Below, in pieces: positions 16,738-25,954 of a stretch of DNA of 64,000 nt. The position numbers and the translations under genes are program-made. Below the pieces are notes generated by a model that saw only the letters and a list, made by a program, of their open reading frames with translations, made no database searches and was not told the origin of the DNA. The first letter of the stretch is position 1; each line of letters starts with the position of its first letter. This stretch comes from Chitinophagaceae bacterium (GTDB lineage: Bacteria; Bacteroidota; Bacteroidia; Chitinophagales; Chitinophagaceae), in the NCBI GenBank assembly GCA_004322425.1, contig SCVJ01000022.1, positions 92,064 to 156,063 on the forward strand, written 5' to 3'.

Positions 16738-18240
16738 ATGTCGCCAGTGATTTTATTCTCATTTGTAATTGGGTATTTTTTATTGCTGTTAGCAGTAGCG
16801 TGGTACACGTCCAAAAATTCAAGCAACGAAGCATTTTTTATTGGTAACCGTAGCAGTAATTGGATGTTAGTTGCGTTTGGAATGATCGGTACTTCGTTGA
16901 GTGGCGTTACGTTTGTGAGTGTTCCCGGAGGTGTCGGCAGTGGTAATTTTTATTATTTTCAAATTGTACTTGGGTATTTGTTGGGCTATATAGTTATTGC
17001 ATTTGTATTGTTGCCGTTATATTATAGTATGAATCTCACCAGCATTTACACTTATCTCGAAAAAAGATTTGGAGTCAATGCGCATAAAGCGGGCGCTTTC
17101 TTTTTTATACTTTCAAGAACTGTTGGAGCAACCGCCCGACTTTATTTAGTGATAAGTGTATTACAAATTTTTATATTCAATAAGTTCGGTATCCCTTTTA
17201 TGATAACGACTATCGTTATTCTTTTATTGATTCTATTATACACATTCGAAGGCGGTGTAAAAACAATTATATATACCGACACCTTGCAAACAGCAGGAAT
17301 GCTGATGGGATTAATTGCTTGTATAATTGTTATCGTTAAATCATTAGGAACCGATATCGGTGGCGCACTTTCACTGATGTCCAATGAGGGATATACTAAA
17401 ATTTTTAACTGGAATATCAAAGAGAGTTCATTTGCATTGAAGCATCTTATTGGAGGAATGTTCATCGCCATTGCAATGACGGGGCTCGATCAAGAGATGA
17501 TGCAAAAAAATATCAGTGTTAAAACATTGAAAGATTCTCAAAAGAATATGTTGACATTGTCGGCTGTGTTACTACTAGTTAATTTTTTGTTTTTGGTGCT
17601 CGGAGGAGCGCTTTATTTATACGCCGCTTCTAAAAATATTACTGTGCCACCCGACGAATTATTCCCCACAATTGCACTGAGCCAAGCTTTTAGCGGAAGC
17701 ATTGGAATTATTTTTATCATCGCTTTGATATCAGCACTATTTCCCAGTGTGGACGGAGCTATTACTTCACTTACTTCTTGTTTTTGTATTGATATACTCG
17801 GCATTAAAAAGAAAGAAGGATCTGAAAAGGAAAAGAAAAGAACGAGGCTGATCGTTCATTTTAGTTTTGCATTCGTATTTTTTCTGATGGTCCTGCTTTT
17901 TAAGTGGATCAATGATAAATTAATTATTGATTTTATTTTAAAATTTGCAGGAATTACATATGGCCCACTGTTGGGACTGTTTGCTTTTGGAATTTTAACA
18001 AAGCGTGAACTGAATAAAAAATTAATTTGGACGGTTTGTATTGTAGCGCCACTACTGGCATTGGGGATAGACATAATGAGCAATCCGGCTTGGTATGAAG
18101 CTAAGCTGCATGTAAATTTTGGAATAAACATTTTTTCTGAAAATCTATTTTCGGGTTACAAAATTGGAAATGAACTTATACTTATAAACGGAATTTTTAC
18201 ATTTATCGGTCTTTGGTTTATTTCTAAAAAAGTGAAATAG
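16738..18240 (+). CDS. sodium:solute symporter family transporter
   Basis: About 500 aa and polytopic (about 13 hydrophobic spans). Begins MSPVILFSFVIGYFLLLLAVAWYTSK..EAFFIGNR, typical of SSF. The 55 upstream codons of the listed ORF overlap the LOG gene antisense and are discarded. Confidence 0.8.
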   Translation: MSPVILFSFVIGYFLLLLAVAWYTSKNSSNEAFFIGNRSSNWMLVAFGMIGTSLSGVTFVSVPGGVGSGNFYYFQIVLGYLLGYIVIAFVLLPLYYSMNLTSIYTYLEKRFGVNAHKAGAFFFILSRTVGATARLYLVISVLQIFIFNKFGIPFMITTIVILLLILLYTFEGGVKTIIYTDTLQTAGMLMGLIACIIVIVKSLGTDIGGALSLMSNEGYTKIFNWNIKESSFALKHLIGGMFIAIAMTGLDQEMMQKNISVKTLKDSQKNMLTLSAVLLLVNFLFLVLGGALYLYAASKNITVPPDELFPTIALSQAFSGSIGIIFIIALISALFPSVDGAITSLTSCFCIDILGIKKKEGSEKEKKRTRLIVHFSFAFVFFLMVLLFKWINDKLIIDFILKFAGITYGPLLGLFAFGILTKRELNKKLIWTVCIVAPLLALGIDIMSNPAWYEAKLHVNFGINIFSENLFSGYKIGNELILINGIFTFIGLWFISKKVK

Positions 18241-18278
18241 TCAATTACCTGAATCATATTTGAGGAGTAACTTAAGAT

Positions 18279-18286
18279 TATCTTTG
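18279..18286 (+). promoter_or_regulatory. -7 box TATCTTTG upstream of the O-methyltransferase
   Basis: Exact TAnnTTTG located inside the long ORF version (18260 start), 12 nt before the TTG at 18299. Confidence 0.4.
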
Positions 18287-18298
18287 CAAAAAATTAGA

Positions 18299-18937
18299 TT
18301 GGAAATAATCAATCCACAAATTCAATCATACGCAGAAAAATATTCATCACCCGAAGATGATTTGCTGAAAGAACTTGCTGCTTTTACAAAAGCAAATCAT
18401 CCCGAGCATAATATGATTAGTGGGCATTTGCAAGGTAAGTTATTAACGATGTTCAGTTGTATGATTCAGCCCAAAAGAATATTGGAAATAGGCACCCTTA
18501 CTGGATATAGCGCACTTTGTTTGGCAAAAGGGTTAACAGAAAACGGAAAAATTCATACCATCGAACTAAGAGGAAAAGATGCAGGGATTGCTCAAAATTA
18601 TTTTAACCGATCTGAATTGTGTACAAAAATTATTTTACATATTGGCGACGCAACAGAAATTATTCCCAAGTTAAACGATGTCTGGGATCTTGTTTTTTTG
18701 GATGCTGATAAAACAGGGTATATCAATTATTTTGAACTTGTATTTCCGCAACTTAAAAAAAATGGTTTTTTCGTTGCTGACAATACTTTATTTCATGGGC
18801 AGGTTTTAGAGCAATCGCCAAAAGGAAAAAATGCAAAGGCAATTCAAAAATTTAATGAATATATCCTTAATAGAAATGATGTAGAAGTGGTGATGTTATC
18901 AGTTCGAGATGGTTTAACATTAATTCAAAAAATGTGA
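18299..18937 (+). CDS. class I SAM-dependent O-methyltransferase (caffeoyl-CoA OMT-like)
   Basis: ILEIGTLTGYSALCLA (SAM motif I) and VFLDADK. The N-terminus (L/M)EIINPQIQSYAEKYSS is typical of the family. The TTG start at 18299 is inferred from the -7 box position; the listed start at 18260 is also a non-ATG codon. Confidence 0.75.
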   Translation: MEIINPQIQSYAEKYSSPEDDLLKELAAFTKANHPEHNMISGHLQGKLLTMFSCMIQPKRILEIGTLTGYSALCLAKGLTENGKIHTIELRGKDAGIAQNYFNRSELCTKIILHIGDATEIIPKLNDVWDLVFLDADKTGYINYFELVFPQLKKNGFFVADNTLFHGQVLEQSPKGKNAKAIQKFNEYILNRNDVEVVMLSVRDGLTLIQKM

Positions 18938-19920
18938 TACACAAAAAAATTAGACAGATAAAAATCTTAATACTGGTTGGTTGTTTTTATAATATTTCTT
19001 TTTCTCAAGACAATCCTGCTATTTTGAATTATATAAATACCTACAAGGATATTGCCATTAGTGAAATGAAAAGAACGGGAGTGCCTGCTGCCATCAAATT
19101 AGCACAAGGAATTCACGAAACTAATGCTGGCGAAAGCATGTTAGTTAAAAAATCAAATAATCATTTTGGAATAAAGTGTAAAGACGACTGGAATGGAGCA
19201 ACAGTACGTCATACCGATGATGCGCGCAATGAGTGTTTTAGAAAATATAATTCACCATTCGATTCATACAGAGATCATTCTGACTTTTTATTGTCTCGTA
19301 CTTGGTATGCATCATTGTTTAAGTTGAGTCCAACAGATTATGAAAGTTGGGCTTACGGTTTAAAAAAAGCAGGGTATGCGACTAATCCAAAATATCCTCA
19401 AGTCATTATTAAATTAATTCGAGATTATCAGTTGCAACGATTTACTATGAGTGCATTGGAAATTGGAGAACCAACTGATGAGTTAACAATGACTCAAGAT
19501 GATTTAACAAAAATTAATCAAATTGAATTAAAAGTTAGCTATCCCGATAATGATTTTTTTATCAATAACACAAAAGTTATATACGCACAAAAAGGAATCT
19601 CTTATTTGTTTATTGCTAAAAAATATGGAGTTGATTTGGCAAAATTGTTTGAATTCAACGAACTAGCTGAACAAGAATTTTTAACTAATGATCAATTGAT
19701 TTTTTTGCAACGGAAAAGAAAGGTTGGCGCACATGAAACACATATCGTTCAGGTTGGCGAATCATTATACTCCATTGCGCAAACAGAAGGCATTAGGTTA
19801 GAGAGTTTACTGGAGTACAATTTTTTAAAACTGAATGAGATTCCACTGGTTGGTTCTGTTTTGTATCTTCGTTTACAGACTCCTTCTGATCAACACAAGC
19901 AAAAGGCATCGATAATTTAA
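18934..19920 (+). CDS. glucosaminidase-domain (mannosyl-glycoprotein endo-beta-N-acetylglucosaminidase) protein with C-terminal LysM repeats
   Basis: AIKLAQGIHETNAGES..NNHFGIKC core. Two LysM-like segments (YAQKGISYLFIAKKYGVDLAKLFEFN; HIVQVGESLYSIAQTEGIRLESLLEYN). GTG start overlaps the upstream stop (GTGA). Confidence 0.8.
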   Translation: MIHKKIRQIKILILVGCFYNISFSQDNPAILNYINTYKDIAISEMKRTGVPAAIKLAQGIHETNAGESMLVKKSNNHFGIKCKDDWNGATVRHTDDARNECFRKYNSPFDSYRDHSDFLLSRTWYASLFKLSPTDYESWAYGLKKAGYATNPKYPQVIIKLIRDYQLQRFTMSALEIGEPTDELTMTQDDLTKINQIELKVSYPDNDFFINNTKVIYAQKGISYLFIAKKYGVDLAKLFEFNELAEQEFLTNDQLIFLQRKRKVGAHETHIVQVGESLYSIAQTEGIRLESLLEYNFLKLNEIPLVGSVLYLRLQTPSDQHKQKASII

Positions 19921-19930
19921 ATCTAGTTTT

Positions 19931-20467
19931 ATGCAACCTACGGTTCAGGTACTCGATAAAAAATTTGAATTATATCTTTCCGAGACAGAAATTCAAGATC
20001 AAATTAAAAAAATTGCAATAGCCATTAATAAAGATTATGTGGGAAGGCGTCCTTTATTTATTGCAATTCTGAATGGCTCTTTTATGTTTGCTTCAGATTT
20101 ATTTAAACAATTAACTATTGATGCTGAATTATGTTTTATAAAACTTGCTTCATATAAAGGAATGACATCCAGTGGACAGGTTTTAACTGCTATCGGACTC
20201 GACGTTGATTTGTTTGAAAAAGATATCATTATTATTGAAGATATTGTAGACACAGGAAAAACACTAAATGAGTTTATTCCTAAATTGATACATCAGCAAC
20301 CGGCATCGTTAAAAATTGCCGCATTGTTGAATAAGCCCGATGCGCTGGAATTTCCCATTCCTGTTGATTATCTTGGGTTTTCGATTCCCAATAAGTTTGT
20401 GGTTGGTTACGGATTGGATTACGATGGATTGGGTAGAAATTTTAAAGAGATTTATCAGTTAGTGTAA
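19931..20467 (+). CDS. hpt: hypoxanthine phosphoribosyltransferase
   Basis: 178 aa. PRPP-binding IIIIEDIVDTGKTL and VVGYGLDYDGLGRN. Confidence 0.9.
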   Translation: MQPTVQVLDKKFELYLSETEIQDQIKKIAIAINKDYVGRRPLFIAILNGSFMFASDLFKQLTIDAELCFIKLASYKGMTSSGQVLTAIGLDVDLFEKDIIIIEDIVDTGKTLNEFIPKLIHQQPASLKIAALLNKPDALEFPIPVDYLGFSIPNKFVVGYGLDYDGLGRNFKEIYQLV

Positions 20468-20522
20468 TAAAAAACACTCTTTAAATTCAATTTTCACGTA
20501 CTTTGAAGGAGATAATTTTCCT

Positions 20523-22283
20523 TTGAAAGCAGTTTCATACATACTTCTATTACAGTTTACTTTTTCGTCGTTGCTTGCGCAACAATTTTATTTGCGTGGG
20601 GAAGTAAAAGACGAGACTGGATTTCTATTGCAAAATGTAAAAATTGTTTTGCAGAGTTCTGGTTTTGTTTATTTTACTGGAAACTATGGATCATTTGGTA
20701 TTTCTTCCGCTAAGCAATTCGACACATTATTTTTTTCATTAGACGGTTATATTTCAGAAAAATTAGCTGTAAAAGCAGGCGTTTATTTTAATATGGTTTT
20801 GAAGAGAAAGCCGATTGCATCCACAAATATTAAAAAAGATAAGTTACTCTCACTTACTAAAAATGTGGAAGGGAAAGAATTTCGAAATTGGATACCGGTT
20901 GAAGAAACCTATGCCAGTTTGATAGAAAACTCTTTTGTGAAAACTGAAAACTATCCGTCAACCGGAATAGCATTAAATGTTGATAGAGCTTCTTATAGTA
21001 ATGTAAGAAGATTTATCAATCTGGGAATGGCTGTGCCGCCTGATGCCATAAGAATTGAAGAAATGCTTAACAATTTTAATTTCGACTATCAGGCTCCAGA
21101 TCAGAATTCGCTATTTAAAATAAAAGCGACAACAACAACCTGTCCGTGGAATGCAGAAAGCCAACTATTGTTTTTGAATATTTTTTCTAAACAAGTTGAC
21201 TTCGATACACTTCCGTCGGCACATTTGATTTTTCTTATTGATGTTTCGGGTTCGATGGATATGCCTAATCGATTGCCCTTGATACAATCTGCATTTAAAA
21301 ATTTAGTAGCACAATTGCGAGAAAAAGATACGGTAAGCATAGTAGTGTATGGAGGAGCAACTGGCGTATTATTACTTCCTACGGGAGGTTGTGAAAAGCA
21401 AAAAATTAATAAAATTATTGATGCGTTATCTCCTGGCGGATCTACACCAGGTGCTTCAGGTATTCGATTGGCGTATACGCTTGCAAAAAATTATTTCATT
21501 GAAGGAGGTAATAATCGAATTATAATGGCTACTGACGGTGATTTTAATGTAGGATTAAAAACAGAGAAGGAGTTGGAAGAATTAATTATGCAACATCGAG
21601 AAAATGGAATTTATCTAACTGCCTTGGGTGTTGGAATGGGAAATTATAAAGATTCCCGAATTCAAATGTTGGCAAGAACGGGTAATGGAAATTTTGCCTA
21701 TTTGGATAATTATTATGAAGCCGATAAAATATTGCTAAAAGAATTTGCTCAAACTCTTTATACTGTGGCTGATGATGTTTTTATGACACTACAATTTAAT
21801 CCTTCCATAGTTTCTGCTTATCGGTTGATTGGATTTGATAATAAAGCAGTTGCCATGGTTGATTCACTTTCAATTATTGATGGCGGTGAAATTGGATCTG
21901 GTTATTCGCTAACAATAGCATTTGAAATCCAAGCTAATAGTAGCATTGATCAAAAAAAGATAGCAGGGGATTTTTTTCAGGTTAAATTAAATTATCACAT
22001 TCCTATGGATACAGTGCGTCAGGAATTAAATATGAATTTTAAGTATGATCTAATTCCTTTTGCAAAACTAAATGCAAACTATCGTCTTGCCACAGCGGTT
22101 ATTATGTTTGGTTCATTGTTAAAATCATCGGAATATATTAAAGAGGCAACATGGGGCGATGTACTCTTTCAAGCTAGCGAAGCTGCGAATCCAACAGATT
22201 TAAATCAAAGTCAGTTTGTTGAATTAGTGTATAAGGCAAGAGCTTTATACGGTAAAATTAAAAAGAAGAAAAGGGCTAGCTGA
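20523..22283 (+). CDS. von Willebrand factor type A domain protein (YfbK-like) with N-terminal carboxypeptidase-regulatory-like domain
   Basis: 586 aa. Signal peptide; LRGEVKDETGFLLQNVKIVL beta-sandwich segment; MIDAS motif LIDVSGSMD; TDGDFNVG. TTG start as listed. Confidence 0.75.
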   Translation: MKAVSYILLLQFTFSSLLAQQFYLRGEVKDETGFLLQNVKIVLQSSGFVYFTGNYGSFGISSAKQFDTLFFSLDGYISEKLAVKAGVYFNMVLKRKPIASTNIKKDKLLSLTKNVEGKEFRNWIPVEETYASLIENSFVKTENYPSTGIALNVDRASYSNVRRFINLGMAVPPDAIRIEEMLNNFNFDYQAPDQNSLFKIKATTTTCPWNAESQLLFLNIFSKQVDFDTLPSAHLIFLIDVSGSMDMPNRLPLIQSAFKNLVAQLREKDTVSIVVYGGATGVLLLPTGGCEKQKINKIIDALSPGGSTPGASGIRLAYTLAKNYFIEGGNNRIIMATDGDFNVGLKTEKELEELIMQHRENGIYLTALGVGMGNYKDSRIQMLARTGNGNFAYLDNYYEADKILLKEFAQTLYTVADDVFMTLQFNPSIVSAYRLIGFDNKAVAMVDSLSIIDGGEIGSGYSLTIAFEIQANSSIDQKKIAGDFFQVKLNYHIPMDTVRQELNMNFKYDLIPFAKLNANYRLATAVIMFGSLLKSSEYIKEATWGDVLFQASEAANPTDLNQSQFVELVYKARALYGKIKKKKRAS

Positions 22284-23427
22284 ATAGTTCTCTCATTTTA
22301 TCTAGAAAACTTTTTTCTGATTTATCGGGATTGGGTTTAAAGTTGGACGATTCATTTAATTTTTCTAACTGAGATTTTTCTTCTGATGATAAATGTTGTG
22401 GCGTCCAAACATTGATTAGAATCAATTGATCGCCACGCTGATAACTATTTACAGCAGGAAAACCTTTCCCTTTTAGTCTGAATATTTTACCACCCTGTGT
22501 ACCATTTGGTATTTTAATTTTTGCTTTACCATCGAGTGTTGGAACTTCTACATGTTTTCCAAAAATAGCATCGGGAAAAGAAATATAAAGTTCATAAGCA
22601 ACGTGTATGCCATCACGCTGTAATTCTTTATGTGGTTCTTCTTCAATAAGCACAATTAAATCTCCCGGCGATCCACCTCTTTCTCCGGCATTTCCTTTAT
22701 TAGGAACACTTAATTGCATTCCTTCCTGTACTCCAGCAGGAATATTTATGGATACAGTTTCTTCGCCATATCCTCGTCCATCGCCTTTACAAGTAGTACA
22801 TTTATTAGTTATTGTTGTTCCTTCGCCATTGCAAGTAGGGCAAGTAGTAACGGTTTGCATTTGCCCCATAAATGTATTGGTAACTCGTTTAACCTGACCA
22901 ATTCCACCGCAGGTACTACAATTGTGAAAACTTCCTTTATCTTTTGCACCATTACCGCCGCAAGTACTACAACTTACATGTTTTTTAACTTTGATTTGTT
23001 TTGATACTCCTTTTGCAATTTCTTCAAAAGTGAGTTTAATTTTTACGCGAAGATTATTTCCTCTTACTCCTCTACCTTTTGATGAACGTGCTTTTCCTCC
23101 ACCAAAAAAACTACTAAACACATCATCGCCAAAAACATCTCCGAATTGACTGAAGATATCTTCCATATTCATTCCGCCACCACCAAATCCACGACCACTG
23201 CCACTTACACCTGCATGCCCATAACGATCGTATTGTGCTTTTTTATCAGTATCGCTTAATATTTCATACGATTCGGCAGCTTCTTTAAATTTTTCTTCAG
23301 AAGCTTTGTCTCCCGGATTTCTATCGGGATGAAATTGCATAGCCACTTTTCTGTACGCTTTTTTTATTTCATCAGCAGTAGCAGTTTTTCCTACGCCCAA
23401 AACTTCGTAATAATCTTTTTTTGACAT
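22276..23427 (-). CDS. dnaJ: molecular chaperone DnaJ
   Basis: J domain with HPDRN, a G/F-rich linker, and four CxxCxGxG zinc motifs (CSTCGGNG, CSTCGGIG, CPTCNGEG, CTTCKGDG). Confidence 0.95.
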   Translation of the reverse strand: MSKKDYYEVLGVGKTATADEIKKAYRKVAMQFHPDRNPGDKASEEKFKEAAESYEILSDTDKKAQYDRYGHAGVSGSGRGFGGGGMNMEDIFSQFGDVFGDDVFSSFFGGGKARSSKGRGVRGNNLRVKIKLTFEEIAKGVSKQIKVKKHVSCSTCGGNGAKDKGSFHNCSTCGGIGQVKRVTNTFMGQMQTVTTCPTCNGEGTTITNKCTTCKGDGRGYGEETVSINIPAGVQEGMQLSVPNKGNAGERGGSPGDLIVLIEEEPHKELQRDGIHVAYELYISFPDAIFGKHVEVPTLDGKAKIKIPNGTQGGKIFRLKGKGFPAVNSYQRGDQLILINVWTPQHLSSEEKSQLEKLNESSNFKPNPDKSEKSFLDKMRELFS

Positions 23428-23433
23428 ATATTT

Positions 23434-24012
23434 TTACTTGCCTACAATTACTTTAGCGAAGCGAATAATTTTATCATTCAAATAATAACCTTTTTCAATT
23501 TCATCAATTACTTTACCTTTTAAATCTTCTTGAAGTGCAGCAATTTCAGTGATAGCTTCGTGAATATCCGGATTAAATACTTGATGCTGCGATTCCATGG
23601 GTTTCAATCCTCTTGCAGCTAATGTATTTTTCAATTTTGTAAAAACAAGATTGACCCCCTCCTTTATTTGTGTTGCATCTTGGTTGAATTCCATTTGTTT
23701 TTCTGCACGTTCGCAATCATCCAAAACACTCAACAAATCTAAGAGTACTTCTTTTCCAGCTGTTTGAATTAATTCTATACGTTCTCTTGAATTTCTTTTT
23801 TTAAAATTATCAAACTCTGCAATTTTTCGCAGCAATTTATCTTGAGCTTCGGCAAGTTGTATTTTTAATAAATCTACTTCAGACGATATATCTACTGGCT
23901 CTTGCAACAAACTTTCTTCACTTGTACTATCAATAGAGTTGTTGTCTGCTGCTTCATTATTTGCTTCTTCTGATTGTTCCTGCTGTTTTGCCTGTTCCTT
24001 TTCTTCCTTCAT
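23434..24012 (-). CDS. grpE: nucleotide exchange factor GrpE
   Basis: 192 aa. Acidic N-terminus, a coiled region with AEFDNFKKR, and a C-terminal GYxLNDKIIRxAKVIV pattern. Lies 6 nt upstream of dnaJ. Confidence 0.9.
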   Translation of the reverse strand: MKEEKEQAKQQEQSEEANNEAADNNSIDSTSEESLLQEPVDISSEVDLLKIQLAEAQDKLLRKIAEFDNFKKRNSRERIELIQTAGKEVLLDLLSVLDDCERAEKQMEFNQDATQIKEGVNLVFTKLKNTLAARGLKPMESQHQVFNPDIHEAITEIAALQEDLKGKVIDEIEKGYYLNDKIIRFAKVIVGK

Positions 24013-24044
24013 AACTATTTGTCGCTTTTTTTTAAAATTGAACG

Positions 24045-24052
24045 CAAAGGTA
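24045..24052 (-). promoter_or_regulatory. -7 box TACCTTTG (minus strand) upstream of grpE-dnaJ
   Basis: Plus strand caaaggta; exact TAnnTTTG 32 nt before the grpE ATG. Confidence 0.45.
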
Positions 24053-24186
24053 TGTTTCTCAATAATTCTGCCAAGTTAATCGCAAAGACAAATTGTCGCA
24101 GTACAAGAAAAGCTTGATTTTCAATACAAAGGAGAAACAATTGAGTTAAAGTGCTGTAATTTTTAGAAGAGAATTTATGAACTAGG

Positions 24187-24588
24187 TTATTTTAAAACCT
24201 GAAATTTTCCCGATTCAATGATTTGCCCGAAACTATTTTTGAGCTGATATATATAAATTCCTCGTGGAAAATTGGACAGTTCTAACGTGGTGCTATTGTT
24301 TATGTTTTTTTCTTCGTACACTTTTTTCCCAATAAAACTGACAACTTGAATACTGTATCCTTTGGTGAATTCATTTTGAAAATCAAATTTAATATAGGAA
24401 ACAGCAGGATTTGGATAATACTTCATAATCCGTTGTTGAGTTTCAGAAACAGGCAATTTTTGCGCAGCAGTATAAGTAGCGGCACAAAAAGTAAAAAGTA
24501 AGATGGTAATTAAGTGTTTCACCAATTCAAATTTAAGCTTTTTTCGAATCGGTTTCTTGAATCGTATATATTTTTCAAGTATTAACAA
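24187..24588 (-). CDS. small protein consisting of a signal peptide plus a T9SS type A C-terminal sorting domain only
   Basis: 133 aa. Hydrophobic LITILLFTFCAATYTAAQ, then after about 15 residues YPNPAVSYIKFDF...VVSFIGKKVYEE...LELSNFPRGIYIYQLKN...GKFQVLK, the TIGR04183-like pattern. Confidence 0.7.
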   Translation of the reverse strand: MLILEKYIRFKKPIRKKLKFELVKHLITILLFTFCAATYTAAQKLPVSETQQRIMKYYPNPAVSYIKFDFQNEFTKGYSIQVVSFIGKKVYEEKNINNSTTLELSNFPRGIYIYQLKNSFGQIIESGKFQVLK

Positions 24589-24647
24589 TTCGGAAACATT
24601 TCATTATTACTTGAAAAAATAAAGGAATTTAGGGCAAACGTTTCTAA

Positions 24648-25901
24648 TTAGAGTAACATGGAAATTGGACTTTCTACAAATTTTTTAAACGTTTGTAAAA
24701 AAGAAGCACCTACCGCTCCATCAACGCATCGGTGATCGCAACTCAGTGTCACTTTCATCACGTTTGTGGTGCCAAAGCCGGCATCTTTTTTTGTCACAAT
24801 TTCTTTTATTTTTCCTACAGCCATGATGCAACTATCTGGCGGATTGATAATGGAAGTAAATTCTTCAATATCCATCATACCTAAATTGCTAATGGTGAAT
24901 GTATTTCCTGAAAACTCATTGGGTTGAAGTTTTTTCCCTCTTGCTTTTGTATATAATTCTTTGGCTTCGGCTGCAATTTGAAAAAATGATTTTTGATCTG
25001 CAAATTTGATAACCGGAACCATTAAACCTTCCGGAACAGCCACAGCACTACCGATATGAATATGTGAATAGGTTCGAATGAAATCGCCCATCCAAGATGA
25101 ATTGACTGCTGGATGAAGTTTTAGTGAAAATGCGGCAGCTTTAATTATCAGGTCTTGAATAGATATTTTTACTGAACCCAATTCGTTTATTTGCGCCCGC
25201 ATTGCCAAAGCGTTATCCATATTCAACTCCATTGTTAGATAGAAATGTGGAGCAGAAAACTTACTTTCTGTTAACCTTTTTGCAATTGCTTTTCGCATTT
25301 GACTATTGGGTGTATCAGAATAATTTTCTTGTCCGTCAACTGAATCAAAAGAGGGAGTTAGTGAAATCTTATTTTCACTCGACACAGCAATTCTAAAATT
25401 ATCAATGTCTGATTTTATTATTCTTCCACCATCGCCACTTCCTTGAATGGAAGCAATGTTAATGCCCTTTTCTTTGGCAAGTTTTTTTGCAAGAGGAGAT
25501 GCTTTAAGTCTTTCGTCAGTATCAGATTCAAAAATTACAACATCTGCTTTTTTCACTTCCACAACTATTTCTGGTTCTGGTTTTGATTGCTTTTCTATGA
25601 TTTTTGATTCTTCCTTTTCAGCAACAACGGAGTTTTTGTTTATTAAACTACTGATGTCTTCGTTTGGGGCTCCGATAATTGCCAATAAATCGTTGACTTG
25701 TAATTTGCCACCGTTGGCAATACCAATGTGTAATAATATACCATCTTTATAACTTTCTAATTCCATAGTAGCTTTATCGGTTTCTATTTCGGCAAGTAAA
25801 TCGCCTTTTTTTACAGGGTCACCTATATTTTTATGCCAAGCCGCTACCACTCCTTCGGTCATAGTATCACTCAAACGAGGCATTAAAATTACTTCTGCCA
25901 T
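24648..25901 (-). CDS. 2-oxoacid dehydrogenase complex E2 dihydrolipoyl acyltransferase (probably pyruvate dehydrogenase E2)
   Basis: Lipoyl domain with EIETDKATMELES, an E3-binding segment ASPLAKKLAKEKGI, and a catalytic domain ending LSCDHRCVDGA. Confidence 0.9.
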   Translation of the reverse strand: MAEVILMPRLSDTMTEGVVAAWHKNIGDPVKKGDLLAEIETDKATMELESYKDGILLHIGIANGGKLQVNDLLAIIGAPNEDISSLINKNSVVAEKEESKIIEKQSKPEPEIVVEVKKADVVIFESDTDERLKASPLAKKLAKEKGINIASIQGSGDGGRIIKSDIDNFRIAVSSENKISLTPSFDSVDGQENYSDTPNSQMRKAIAKRLTESKFSAPHFYLTMELNMDNALAMRAQINELGSVKISIQDLIIKAAAFSLKLHPAVNSSWMGDFIRTYSHIHIGSAVAVPEGLMVPVIKFADQKSFFQIAAEAKELYTKARGKKLQPNEFSGNTFTISNLGMMDIEEFTSIINPPDSCIMAVGKIKEIVTKKDAGFGTTNVMKVTLSCDHRCVDGAVGASFLQTFKKFVESPISMLL

Positions 25902-25954
25902 ACGGGATTAAATTTAGTGCCGAAATTAAGATAAAATGATGAATTCGGTTGGGC

